From: Podospora anserina
Lineage: Eukaryota
Direction: 5' to 3'
Length of the DNA: 64,000 nucleotides
Assembly (NCBI GenBank): GCA_017654855.1
Contig: CM030335.1
Span: 3,844,001-3,908,000 of the forward strand
Shown: piece after piece, positions 36,501 through 49,118 of the stretch
How the letters are laid out: each line of letters opens with the position of its first letter
How positions within the stretch are numbered: the stretch's first letter is position 1
The notes under the pieces: generated by a model
Told to the model about the DNA's origin: nothing
The model's database searches: none
What the model saw: only the letters and a program-made list of their open reading frames with translations
Program-made: the position numbers and the translations under genes

Positions 36501-38162
36501 TTATATATAGATTATTATTAATTAAATAACGAAACGGTAAAACATAATTATTTATTATTATTAATATTTAAGTTACGGAATTAATTAACTAAAGTATAAT
36601 ATTTTATACGCTTAAATATACCTATCGGGTATACCTATATACGGATTAAGGAAAAAAATAAATAAAAAATAGCGTTTCGTATACTTTATAATTATTTTAA
36701 GTATCTCATAATATTATTTAAATTAATTAATACGCCCGTAACATTCTAATCTCTAGTTAATTATATAATTTAAAAGTATTTTAATAAAATAATAATATAC
36801 TATTTTAATAACGTTCTTATTTACTTACGTACTTTAGAGAAATATAAACGATATATATAAGAAATACTCGACGCGCTATACGGAACCGGATTCTTAATTA
36901 ATAAAAAGAAAAGCGAGTTTTATATATAAAAAATAGTATATTTAAAATATTTAATATTATTAAGTAAGGTTCGTATAAAACTTAAAAAAATTATAATAAT
37001 TAAAGACTAGCCTACGCTATAATTATAAATATATATTAGGGAATTTTTAAGCTTTACGAATTTCTATCGGATATTTATTTATAAGTACGTTAAAATCGCG
37101 TAATTATTTAACTATTTAATTAAAAAAAACGTGGAGTTCCGGTAAGAGTAGGAGGAGGAGTAAACCTTTTAAGAGTTAAAAGAAGTTATTTTAAAGGATC
37201 CGGTATTTAAATTACTAAACCCTAATTAACTATTTAAGGTCGAGGCTAATATATTAGACTATGCGATTAGTAAGTAATTAGGATAGCGAGACGATAACGG
37301 GAAACTATATTTAGTAATTTTCTTTTCGAAAAAATTAAAGGGGATACGTTAAAACTACTTAATCTATAATAAAAAGCTACTTATTATTATCGAAGTATTC
37401 GAGGAGTAAAGGCTATACTTTAATAATACTAAATATAAAATATAGGTCTATACGGATTATAAGAATCTATAGTACTTTATTATTACGAAGGTCCTTAACG
37501 TATAGTAAATACGATAATTAAAGTTTTTTTTAGAATTTAATTTTTAAATTAATTATAAAGAAGGTTCGGAGAACGTTAAAGTAAACGTATTTAATAGGCG
37601 TACCGATTACTATAAAAATATACTTAAGGAGTTACTATTACTACTCGAGGAGGCGCTAAATAATACCTTTAAGTATTTACTATAGCCGTAAATAAAGTAC
37701 TATATAGTATATTGCGAGAGGGCTATTTCTAATAAATATTAAAAGAAGTTAGGTAGTAATATTATAAAGTAATATTAATAGGAAGAGCTAGAACTATAAG
37801 GTATTTAAAAAAAATAATTAAAGAAAATTATAGTATAGAAATCGAGCGTACGTAATACTAAATAATAGAACGGTATTAATAATAGAGATTTACGGGTTAA
37901 AACTCGGAGGGTATATAAGTATCGTTAAAACTATAGAAAACATCAAGTAGCACTTTAATTAACCGAAGATTAAGGACGATATTAAGGAAGCTATTTAGTT
38001 ATACTATATATACGAGAAAACAAGGGTTACGAAGTATAAGCCTTATAGATTTTTAGAACTATTATTAATAGTAAAACGATTATAGAGTTTAATTATAATA
38101 AACTTTATTATTAAATTATTAAAGTTTAAAAATACGGTAACCGGCGTTAAATATAATAGTAT
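33529..38162 (+). mobile_element. Ty3/Gypsy retrotransposon 5' part: LTR (33529-33925), gag, protease, RT, RNase H, integrase N-terminus; heavily RIP-mutated
   Basis: Degenerate RT (FFVLKKDGGL.LYIDY, YFNN for YLDD at ~36800), RNase H (FKVEAN..DYA, FFSKKL, VYTDYKNL) and integrase start, in Gypsy domain order. Confidence 0.92.
35733..36087 (+). mobile_element. Family-B element, 355 bp, least mutated copy
   Basis: TA-CTGAAATGG...CCCCAAACCAG-TA inserted in pol; visibly more GC-rich than its host. Confidence 0.9.
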
Positions 38163-38794
38163 TGTTAGCTGGTAAGCCCTGATAGGCCTATAATATAGAA
38201 CCTATACAGGGTTGCTGTAAAATACAGCAGTGCGCAAGCGGAAGCGGGAGGATACGACGGCAGTGCCGAAGGAAGGTAAAGCACTGTAATACAGTGAGGT
38301 ATAAGGAATAAGAATTGCTTTTATTACCCTTGGCCTTGGCCTTTAGCCTTAGCCTTAAGCTTTTGCCCTTAAGGAAAGAAAGAAAACTATTCTACAGGAG
38401 AGAGGAGAGGTCTATATATAAGCCTTCGTAGGCCTACTGTGGGTCCTGTAGGCCCTAGAAGCCCCTATACTACTTTGGGGTATTTGGTGGGCTTAAGTGG
38501 GTCTAGTGTAGACTCACGGAAATCCATAGAACCTTCGGTAGCAAAAGTGCCCTGTAAATTACACTATTGTAGCAACTTACTACGTAAGCCTGTAGCTACT
38601 TTAGAAGGTTCTAGTATCCATTAACTAAGCCTCAGGCCACAGTAGCCCTGTAAGCCTTCAAGGGTCCCTTGTAAAGAATATTCTAAAGGGATCCAAGCCG
38701 GGAAGTTCCATTACTGCTTATAGCAGTACTGCCCACTGTAATATCAATCTATAGGGCAGTAAGTAGGGCACTTAGTAGTACCCACACATTAACA
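38163..38794 (+). mobile_element. Family-C LTR, 632 bp
   Basis: TGTTAG...TTAACA termini; inverted copy at 31524-32659. Confidence 0.9.
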
Positions 38795-40442
38795 AATACT
38801 TTTAAAGCTCTTTTAGTTATAGGTAGTTACTATCTTTTTAATCGATATTTAGGTTATAATTTTTATATTATGGTTACTTTAGGATTATATCCTTCGAAGG
38901 TCCTATATTTATAATATCGAATATAATTAAAATTATTTTTCCTTCGACTATAATATTTAAAAGTAATATTTCTTTATAAACCTTTTACGTTGGAAATAGT
39001 CCTTATATAATAATCTATTCTTTCTATTTCTTCTATAGTATTTTAATTTAATATACAACCTATAGTAAAATTAAGTTTGTTTCCGTATTTCCGTTTATTA
39101 ATATTACTACTTAAATATCCTTTTAATATACTATAACCTAGAGGCGTTTATTTTTTTTACCTCCTCCCTATGCGGCAGCGATCTCGCTAACAAGCACCGG
39201 ATCGTTATCCTACACCTTTACCTTACGCCGATACTTCCGAAAATACCGTTCGTAGTCCGTTAGAGGTTACCGGCCCCCGCGAAGGGCCGCGAGTCGTTTC
39301 TTAAACGGTTATATCGTTTAAGAGCGTCCTCTTGCTCCGGATTATTTAGCAATACGAAGTCCTTTAACTATACCCGCCTAACTTCCTCCTATCTTCCGTT
39401 TTTCTTAGTATTTTGTCGAGCATACTTTTGATAGTACTTCCGTTGCTTAGTTGATGCCCTAGGCTCGGCCATCTGGTGGTATCGCCTAACTTTCTGTCGC
39501 AAATGCAGCGCGTAATCTGGGCTTGGGCACCACCATAGTACCACCCTTCCTCCCGAGATCTCGCTATCCAACGTGTACCTCTCGTCTGTGTACCCGAGGC
39601 AGCACCCTGCCTCTCGTGGCGTAAACTGGATTACCTGGAATCCATTCCCCAGTTGAGCTGCTTTCCCTGCCTTCCACAGCAGGTAGGCGTCCAATTCTTC
39701 ATTAGCTTTTTCCCATCTTGCCATTGTCTTCCTGACTGGCTGTGGTTTGCCTTCCTTGCACACCTTGCGTACCGGTCGGGTGCCTCGAGCTTAGCGCGCT
39801 CTCCTTCCCTGCGTAAGGTACCAATCTCCTGGTGGAGCATAGCGTTCTCCTGCGTGAGGGTATCGTGGGAAAGGCGTGACTTATCCTCAAGCTCTTGGAT
39901 ACGAGCGAGAAGCTGGTCGATGGTGGGTTGGGTAGAGATCCCCTGAGTACTGACGTTTCAGGCCATGGCGTTAACTTGACACCTTCAACTTATCCGTGAC
40001 AGAGTTGAAGTGAGTATGCAACGTGTGACGAACCCCTGTACAGAACCTCTGAAAGGGATACGGGTTGAAGGTAACTTCTGACAATTGGTTCGGTGCAGCT
40101 AAACAGTGCACAACAAGATGTCTCAATGTAAACACAAGATACCGTGAATACAATTGTGAATTGCATACTGCGGAACTGTCTATCTACACCAGCCAGTTCC
40201 TCCGTATATATAAACCTCAATCCTCCAGGTACCTCCGTACCTGGCTCACCTCGATCACCAAGCGCTCCTGGTGATCCATCCTGGCTCACCTCGCTCACCC
40301 AGCGCTCCTGGCGAGCCGGCTCACCTCTGCCAAGAGGTGAGCGCCCCACTGTCCTGCAGCCCCGCTGTTATCTGTTACTTGATTGGTCACCACAGCCTGC
40401 TGCAGTCCCCACTCTGCCTTGCTATATGGTTGGTCTGTGACA
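38795..40442 (-). mobile_element. Ty3/Gypsy 5' part: family-A LTR variant 4 (40442-40024), internally deleted gag and protease region
   Basis: LTR reads TGTCACA...CGTCACA on the minus strand. The leader and gag start match 33926-34185, then jump to the equivalent of ~34990; 39400-38795 matches ~35090-35657. Confidence 0.92.
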
Positions 40443-41864
40443 ACATTGCGTCTCCGGCCCCATCTTGATTGGACAGAGAGCGGCGCAACGCCACATGAGG
40501 TAATGTGAATGCGCCAGTTATTACCGCAATTTCACCAGCTTGTAGATAAGGAGCTTAAATCGCTCCTTTCGCCGGCTTCAAAACTTTCGTGAAATGTCCA
40601 CCAGCCTTGCACACTGGCGTAGCGTCATTACCAATCACAGGCCAGCGGCTCAGAGCAAACCTGCTTTTACCAAGACATGCAGCCCAATATTGTCTGAGCC
40701 AGCCAAACCATCACTGACCAGTGGCCTCAAGACATGCAGATTCCAAATGTGTCGGGCCGCTAGTCTATCGTTTTTCGACCTTTTTAGTGGACAGATCGTC
40801 GTGATTCGTGGATTTGGTTTGGATCAGGTCATGGAAGACATATTAAATTAAATCCTTTTGTTGGCTTGACCTGCGGACATGATAAGCGGCCAGGCCCTAT
40901 ACTAGGGGGTTCCGGGCCGGTGTAGAGGTTCCGAGGGTGGGTTCCGGCCGGCGCCTTGGTTGCCAAGTTTGACTCAGGTTGCCAGTCAAGTCCGCGATGC
41001 CCCAAACTTGGCTGACCTGCACTGACTTATTGCCCACCCTGGAACTTTCGATTTGAGATACGCTAGTTCGCTAGGTAGCTAGCTAGCCGAATCCATCCGA
41101 CGAAAAACACCAGCCCAGGAGATCTTGAAGCTTTGGTTAGCGACCACAGCACCACAACGAAATCTTAGAGTAAGCAAAGGTACCGAAGGCTATTTGGAGA
41201 AATCAGGGTAGAAGTACACACGCAGTGTAGTTTGTATCAGGAAGACCTTGTACATTCGTGGTACTTCCGGACACTGCCCAGACCATTCCATATTTGACAA
41301 AAGCCAATGCCGCTGACTGGACCTGGTAGACATCCGGGAAGGCGTTGAGCCGCACCAGTCAGCCCCTGACAGTGGACCACCAACAAGGTTGCATGTGACC
41401 CGCAGATGCGCCATCGACAAGGCGATCAGTCCCTGTTCCCACGGGGAGACTCGCAACAGAGTTTGATAACGGACAGTTGACCAATAGATCTAGTATCCTC
41501 GCCATCCCCCCTTGCCGGCTGAGATTTTGGATTTCGTTGGGTTCCATTCGATCCGCCAAACGCCCTGGGCTGGGCCTGCCCTGCATGAATCGTTAGCTAG
41601 GTGTGGGTCATGACTTGTCCGATGGGGCTTTGATCTTCTATCGACAAGCAAGATGGTTAGGCCTTTCAAAATGGCATGATATCTTGACATTGTCGATGAG
41701 TTGGACGGCTATGGCATGAGCTACTTCATCTTTTTGATAGCCAGCTTAAGATCCAGGCGTTTGCTCTTGGAAGAAGTATAAGACCCCTTCGTCTGCCTTG
41801 CCCTGTCTTGACACTTGCTCTTCATTGAAAACATCACACCAACACGAGAGCTGCAACGTTTATC

Positions 41865-44026
41865 GTGACCAAGTCCTTCACCCGCCCCCCATGGGGCGTT
41901 CTGGCAGTTGGGGCCATGATCATGGTCCCGTCTGCTCTTGCTGCTATTCGCCTCGATATAGGCCCTCGAAAACGTCCAGGTTGCCGAGATCACACCCTGA
42001 TGCCCACGTCAGACGCGACAAGCAAGAAGTTCTGTTCAACAAACCAGACTCAGACTTTGATCTCCCGCTTCGCTGCAAGCCGGCTCAGGGCAAGCTTCTC
42101 ACACTCACCGACGACGAAAAGTGGGCTGCCTGCTGCCCGCCCGGTTCTCGACTGCTCGGCACGATTAACACAGCGTTTGACTGCTGTGGCGAGGGTCATG
42201 ACTTGGCAGGAAGCAAAGATACGGGATGGACATGTTGTCCTTCGGGCTACGAGGATGATGGAACCAAGTGCAAAGACCCAAAGCCTCTCTGTCCCAACGG
42301 AATGGAGCTCGTGGACGGGAAGTGTGTCTGTCCACCCGGGACTACCCAGGCTGCGGATAGAACCTGTAAGCCAAACACGGCCAATGGAGGTGATGGCAAT
42401 GGGGGAAACCAGGCCGGAAAGCATCCTTTAGGTCCTTGTTCATCAGAAATCTCCTCTGGTACGACCACCACATCACCGTTTCTGTATGGCCATACCTAGT
42501 TTCCCAGGCCAGCTACCTCTTTAAGATGGACAACGGCGAGTATCTCGGTTTCAACAAGAAGTGGTACGCTGCGTCTAAGCCTTCCCGCGACCACCAGATG
42601 GGCAAGTTCAAGCTCTGCAAGACCAACGCCTGCCTCGATTCCGAGTCTAGCAGATCAACCCCGGTGATCCCATTCGCATTCTAGACCTTCACGGTGAACC
42701 GAATAGCGGGAAGGACCCCAACCAGTGGCTCAATAACGCACAAAACGGAGGCCACATTGCCTGTACACCCAAGTTTGAGGATGCCGGCGTATTCACAATC
42801 AGCAAATGGACGGAGGGCAAATACTGCATCTCAGGCCTGGAGACCGGCGTCGGTCCTACCTGTCCCAGTGATAGCCCTGCCCTGGTGGCCAAAGTCCTGG
42901 TAGTCAGTTCCCAGGTGGACAGTTCCCAGGTGGACAGTTTCCCGGTGGGTACTTTCCTAATGGACAAAACCCAGGTGATCGGTTTCCTGGTGGCCAGAAC
43001 CCAGGTGGTCAGTTTCCCGGTGGTCAGAACCCAAGTGGTCAAAACCCAGGGGGACAGAATCCCGGTGGTCAGTTTCCAAGTGGCCAGATTCCCGGTGGTC
43101 AGTTTCCTGGTGGCCAGTTTCCTGGTGGCCAGTTTCCCGACGGACAGAACCCTGGTGGACAAAATCCTGGATGCCGCTCTCCTCCGACTGGGACACTTAC
43201 GCCGGGAGGTGGCGCAACTCCGACCTGCCCGCCTGGGCAGCCATGGAAGGATGGAACCTGTGTTATCCCCATCACCGATTGTGCTGACCGGGCTCATCCC
43301 GAGTTTGGCGATACGTCGTATAATCCGGCGAACTTCCCCTGTTCCATTGGTCGGGAGCGTCCGTGCCGTGGTGAGCAAGTTCAAGACTGGAAGCCAGCCA
43401 ACCTTCCTTGGACTGGCACTCACCGCCAGCCTGGACCCCCTCAGCCTTATGAAACGACGATCAACTTTGACTTTGATGTCATAATGAGCATTGTCGATGT
43501 CGAAGCCCAGAGCGAGCACTTTTTGGTCAACCTTGACGGCACGTTTTGGGGCGAGACAGGGGGTGAGCGAGGGTACAAGAATCAGTATATCGGCAACTAT
43601 AATGACCCAGAGTGGTGTCTTTTGAATGGATATACAAGAGGATATTTCTTGATTCCGAAGGGTATGTTGTCTTCTTTCCCCTACCTATGCGTCCCACTCT
43701 GATAATTATCTCGACTTATCATTGTTGACACCGTCTGCATCACAGGGCAACACACTTTGACCATTGAATGGCCTCAGGGAACGGGCAAGTACCAAAATGA
43801 TGGGGGCGATAACTGGTGGTACGGCATTGCACGCTACCGGTTCGACAAGCTGTGCGATCCCAGCAGGTGTCTACCTGATTGCGCTGTTGAGAAGGAGAAG
43901 GAGGCTCAACAGTTGAGATTGCAGCTGCAGAGAGAAGGGAAGTGGTCATCTGTTGCAAGCTCGCAGGGAAAGCAGTGGGGTTACTACGATCAGAAGGTCG
44001 TGGCCGGAGGGTCTAAGGTACCTTGA
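41865..44026 (+). pseudogene. Frameshifted secreted Cys-rich protein gene joined to a PGGQ-repeat-containing C-terminal part
   Basis: The signal-like segment starts at GTG. The Cys-rich block (AACCPPG, FDCC..GHDLAG, CCPSG, CPNG....DGKCVCPPG) and later segments lie in different frames; intact intron 43662-43745; stop at 44026. Confidence 0.75.
42881..43165 (+). repeat. 15-bp coding minisatellite, 19 units of PGGQ(F/N)
   Basis: CCNGGTGGNCAG(TTY/AAY) units counted by hand. Confidence 0.9.
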
Positions 44027-45752
44027 AATGAGTTGACGGAAAGGGCTGAGGATAGGATTCACTGCTCGGTTTTGACAGATCTAAGGACGACAATACACAA
44101 AAACACTGTCACCCGCATGAACCCCAAGGCAACGCTTCTCCTGATGCTGAGAACCACTCAACGTTCGGCAGAGGCTTTTTCATGACGGTCCTTAGGCAGG
44201 CAGGTCTAATCATGGTCACTTTCCATTGTATAATCAGGTATTTGGACCACGGGCTTGTGATTGGCTAGGTTTGAAACCGCATATATGCTCGAGGACGGCC
44301 CAGCAGGTCGAGGGGGATGCAAGCGACCAGGACAATAACTCTGCTCGAATTATCCATTACCCGTACCTGGACATCAATTGAAAAGCGACCAGAAGTAGGC
44401 TGCGCGAGACTGCAGCCATTGATAATGAACCTGGGGATGCTGTCGAGGAGACAAAAAAGGAACTTGGGATTGAAGGTGAAGGTGTCATCAGATAAACCTC
44501 TTTTGGAACGAAGTCATCCAATTTCTTTCTTGGTTCCATGTGCTGGGGCCAGACCCACTGTGGGATTTCATGCAAGCAAATTCCTGGGAAAGCCATTGGC
44601 CAGCACTTTGTTGACCGGCCCAACGATCCGGATTGCCAGGCCCACCAGCTGCCCCAGGCCCACCTCCCCGCATTCTAACCCTGTTCATTCCGCGGCCCGC
44701 CCGATGGTTTCTCCCAGCTCCATTCCCCTTTCATCCGGACTTTCTCCTGCCCCTGCAACATGCGCCGCTCTTTTCTTGTTTCGTTGACGTGATGAGATGT
44801 CATTGATGGATCGTCGCTTTTCTGTCCATCACCCTCATTGCGTTGGGGACAGGCAATATCCCCTATAGTACTCAGTCACTCCGTACAGTACATGCACACA
44901 CTGACAGGTCGCGTGAGGTGGATTGCGTGCATCGAGTGCTCTTTCTTGCTGCTAACCCCATTGGCGAGCTTTCAGCGTTGCATTCCAGGTTCTGCTGTTC
45001 CGGGCCTTCTTCTCCCGTCGGCATCCTCTCGCCCAACATCCCGGGCCCAGCTCTGCCAGCCAAAGTCCAGCGGCAGGTGCTCTCGCATTCGTCAAATTGC
45101 ACAAGGTGAGATGACTTGACCACAGAAGAGGTCTGTGTGGAAGCGTCATGCAAGCAGTCAACACCCACGGCCGTCACGCCGGTCAACCGGGTATCGGTCA
45201 CCTCGCGGCCTCCATTGCAAGTCCCAATGGCATGGGATTATTGTCTGGAACCGAGCACTTTATACGAAATTGCTCCCCAAAATTGCTTCACCAACACCAC
45301 ACCAGCACCATCAGTCACCAGGTGTTCCCCATCATGCAGGGGGGCAGCCTTCGGTACACCCTGTCCGCTTCGCCGTTTGGGTCGCCCCTCAGGAAGGCTG
45401 ATACCCATGGAAGTTCCCCAGTTGAGTCCATACCCCGCTCATGGTGCAACGACGGACTGTCGACTAGCCCCTGTTGGCATTTTGAAGGATTGCCCCCCTG
45501 GGCCTTGATGGACTCCCCTCTTGATCCGTGCTTGTTAACCGTCCTCAAGGGTCCGCCGAGGAGCGATGGCCCGTCATTGGAAGGGCTACTTGAACACCGG
45601 GTATGCACGCACGGGAGTCTGTGGCCTTTTGCTTTCTTCTTTTGTTCTTTTGGGACTTCTGCCGCACCATCTGACGACAACTTCTTTGGACGGCATCCAG
45701 CACACAGCAACACTGAGCAAGGTGGCAACATCCCACCGAGGGTCAGGTCGCC

Positions 45753-47501
45753 ATGGCCCAACGACACCGGATTAGAAATGACTCGGCCTCGTCCTTTGAG
45801 GTCCCAGTTCATGAGACCCCTCGCTTCCAGAGGGTATACTGGACTCGGGAGCCTCATCTACGCAAACTCTATGGCATGGCCGCGATATTGATGGTGGCCT
45901 CAGCAACGACAGGCTACGATGGCATGTTGGTCAATACCTCACAGCAAATAGACCTGTGGAGGTACTTTTTCTTTCCCGAACTGAGGGACAAGCCGAATGG
46001 GGATCCTATCCTGGATAGCAAACTGGCCATCTTGGTCAATATGTTCAACATTGGGTCCATTCTGTCCTTCTTCATAACGCCTCACGTGGCCGATACCTAT
46101 GGGAGGAGATCGGCCATTGTGGCCGGCTGTCTGTTCATGATAGGCGGCGGTCTCTTGACTGCATTTGCCAACGGCTATGGGAGTGTGTTTGGCCCCAACC
46201 ACAGACATTCTTGGAGTGAGAAAGTGCTAACCTTGGTGCCGTGCAGTGTACATGGGCGGCCGTTTCATGCTTGGCTTTGGCAATTCTCTTTCCCAAATGG
46301 CATCGCCGCTCTTGCTCACCGAAATCTGTCACCCGCAACATCGAGGTCCCGTCACGGCCGTGTATAACTGTCTCTGGAATGCTGGTGCGCTGCTTGTATC
46401 ATGCATCGCGTGGGGCACCGCCAACATCAAAAACGACTGGTCATGGAGGTCCATCACCTTCCTGCAAATCGTGCCGTCATTGATTCAACTCACGGGCATC
46501 TGGTGGATTCCCGAATCGCCGCGCTATCTCATCAACAAGGATAGACCCCAGGAGGCGCTACACATCCTGTCCAAGTGGCATGCTGGGGGGGACATAAACA
46601 ACGCCACCGTTCAGTTTGAGTACCGCGAGATTCGTGAAACTATCCGGATTCAAAAGGAGAACGAACAGTCCACCAGCTACAAGGACTTTTTCCGAACCAA
46701 GGGAAACAGATGGCGACTGGCCATCATCGTATCACTGGGTGTTATCTCCCAGTACAGTGGGAACGCTTTATTCAGCAACTACATCGACATGATCTACAGG
46801 GGAGCGGGCATCAACGACCAGAACCAGAAGCTGGCCATGTCCACCGGCAAGACCATCCTCGATCTCATCATCACCATCACCGCGGCGCTCAACGTCGACC
46901 GATGGGGCAGACGGCCATTATTCTTGGTAGCCATGGTCGGCATGGTCATCTCGTTTCTCTGCTGGACCATTACCGGAATTGTTTACGAGCATAGCAATCC
47001 AACCAACCTCACTGCCGGCTATGTGCAGCTCGTCTTCATTTGGGTGTTTGGCATCTTTTACGACATTGGGTTTTCGGGCCTGCTGGTGGCCTATGCTCTC
47101 GAGGTGTTGCCTTTCCACCTCCGAGCCAAGGGGATGATGATCATGAACATTACCGTGCAAGCCATCTTGGCGCTGGGGAAGTAAGTTTGATGCCTTGACA
47201 CCAAACCCGCGAAAACGACTCATGGCTAACGACTCTGACCTCTAGTCAAACAAACAAAATTGCATGGGAAAGGCTACCAAATCACTGGAATCTCATGCTG
47301 TTTTACACCATCTGGAACTTTTTTGAGCTCCTGTTTGTGTGGTTCTTCTATGTCGAGACTAAAGGGCCGACCCTGGAAGAAATTGCCAAGATTTTCGACG
47401 GAGATGGTGCTATTGCTCACATCGACATGCACCAAGTGCAAAAAGACATCTATCAGAATACTCCAGACGATCACGATGAACTGCCAGGGAGGGCGTTATA
47501 A
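45753..47501 (+). CDS. Sugar porter, lactose/cellodextrin permease-like clade
   Basis: ASATTGYDG, ADTYGRR, EICHPQHRG, PESPRYL, QYSGN, DRWGRRPL and VETKGPTLEE. Introns 46183-46246 and 47181-47245. Confidence 0.93.
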
Positions 47502-47829
47502 TTTTTTCGAGACAGTTTTCTTAGTTCACTCCTTGGATTGGTGCTGCATAGCCGGGCGTTTCAACGGGATCATATTGGCAGGGTTTGGGAAAGGAAAACG
47601 GAAAGCATTGGGGCAATGACACAGGGCATTTGGCACACAACTATGATACCACAGATATTGACGAACTCAGTAAAGAAGGTAGTTAAATTGATTTCATTCA
47701 ACATTTGCCGTCGGGCGTTACGCCCAAGCATCATTTGGATATTTATTAGGCCCCTCACACTCCACCTCGACCGCTTTACTGAAATCTCTAAGAAACATCC
47801 AAGTGGCTTCTCTTTTCCAGCCTTGTTCA

Positions 47830-48700
47830 ACAAATTGGCAGGCGTTTCTGTCGGAAAGAAGTCGACAATGTCACCAAGACTCTCATCGTGGCTGGCACGG
47901 ACAAGGGCTCGATCGTTGCAATCCAACTCTTGCAGCTTTTTGACTGTTGCTTGCAACATGTCAACGTTGTGATGCCAGCGTGAACCATGGCTGGCGCACG
48001 ACGTGTAGAAGCTCGCTCTTTCTCCGTTTGGAAGAAGACGGCTGAGCCGAGGCGATTCCGTGCAAAATGTTTCATCCGAAGTTGAACCTGATGCACAAAA
48101 TGGGAGGATGATATTACGTCGGGTAAAGGGAGGTAAGGGGATGGTCTTAGTTCTCCAGGGTGATGGATCGTATCTCCAGCCAACAAAACAAACGAGGTTG
48201 GAGTGACTCGCGCAAACGCGCAGATATATCCCACCGTATGGCCGGGGGCATCCAAGAGAAATGATTTGTCACCAAGGAAGTCGAAGGCGAGGAAGTTTCC
48301 AAGCTTGCAGCTTTCTTTTCCAAACTCCGGCTCCGTGATCCGGCGCCCAGCATAGTCGCTATCACGGACGACACTGGCTGGATCGGCCGGGTAGCCCGGT
48401 AACAATGTCGTTGTGAATCCAGGGCCAAAAATGAGTGGAACAGTTGTCAGAAAGGTGGATGGGTCACTGTTATGGTCAAATGATGATGGGACAGAATAAT
48501 CCCGTAAATGGAGCTCGTGTCGACACCATTTGCCACCAAGATGTCAGGCACATCCATTTCAACATGCAGCTACCACACTAACGCAAGCAGGCGACTGACC
48601 AAATCAGGGGCAAGATTACGCCAATCTTTTCGTATTCCTAGATCAAATAGGCATGTCTTTTTGAGAGTTGGGTGGAGAAGGGAAAGTAAGGTAGATTCAT
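47830..48700 (-). pseudogene. Metallo-beta-lactamase-fold (AHL-lactonase-like) pseudogene
   Basis: LFDLGIRKDW, in-frame TAG at ~48570, frameshift inside the SHxHxDH metal motif (~48480), DAPGHTVG and LAGDTIHH; no intact N-terminus. Confidence 0.85.
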
Positions 48701-48846
48701 AGTAATTTTTCACAATGTACCTATACAACGTGAACCTCTGGACTCTAAGTACATAATTTTCCGTCATTGTATCATGAAGTGGTCTTCATTATCTCATAGT
48801 TACAGCAACAAAAAAAAATTCAAAAAGATTGGATGTCAAAAAGTAA

Positions 48847-48929
48847 CGATCCGCCCAGGGGTCGAACCTGGAACCTCCTGATTGATACTTGTATCGTAGT
48901 CAGACGCGCTGCCATTACGCCAGCGGACC
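48847..48929 (-). tRNA. tRNA-Arg(ACG) with 11-nt intron
   Basis: GGTCCGC/GCGGATC acceptor stem, TGGCGTAATGG A-box, TCTGA-CTACGA[TACAAGTATCA]A-TCAGG anticodon arm, GGTTCGACCCC T-arm, and a downstream T5 terminator. Confidence 0.95.
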
Positions 48930-49118
48930 AATGAGAATTGATATTTTGTCGACTGTAATTTATGATTACATTGGATGTTAACAACTTTGTGCAGCATACC
49001 TTAGCCAGTGACGAAATTCTTCAATCTCTCGTCATTCATAAACCACCCAAAAGAAAACCAGCCATCGCAAATGCTCCCTTCAAACTTTATTCCAGCCTTC
49101 TTTTCACATACCTATATC

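Noticed and set aside
28347-44026. Possible Starship/Spok-block element
   Set aside because: No DUF3435 tyrosine recombinase, Spok-like ORF or matching boundary repeats were recognised.
44050-45750. Several 90-250 aa ORFs upstream of the sugar porter (similarly 41190-41700 and 55485-55961)
   Set aside because: No recognisable domains or coherent splice pattern; treated as intergenic or unidentifiable relics.
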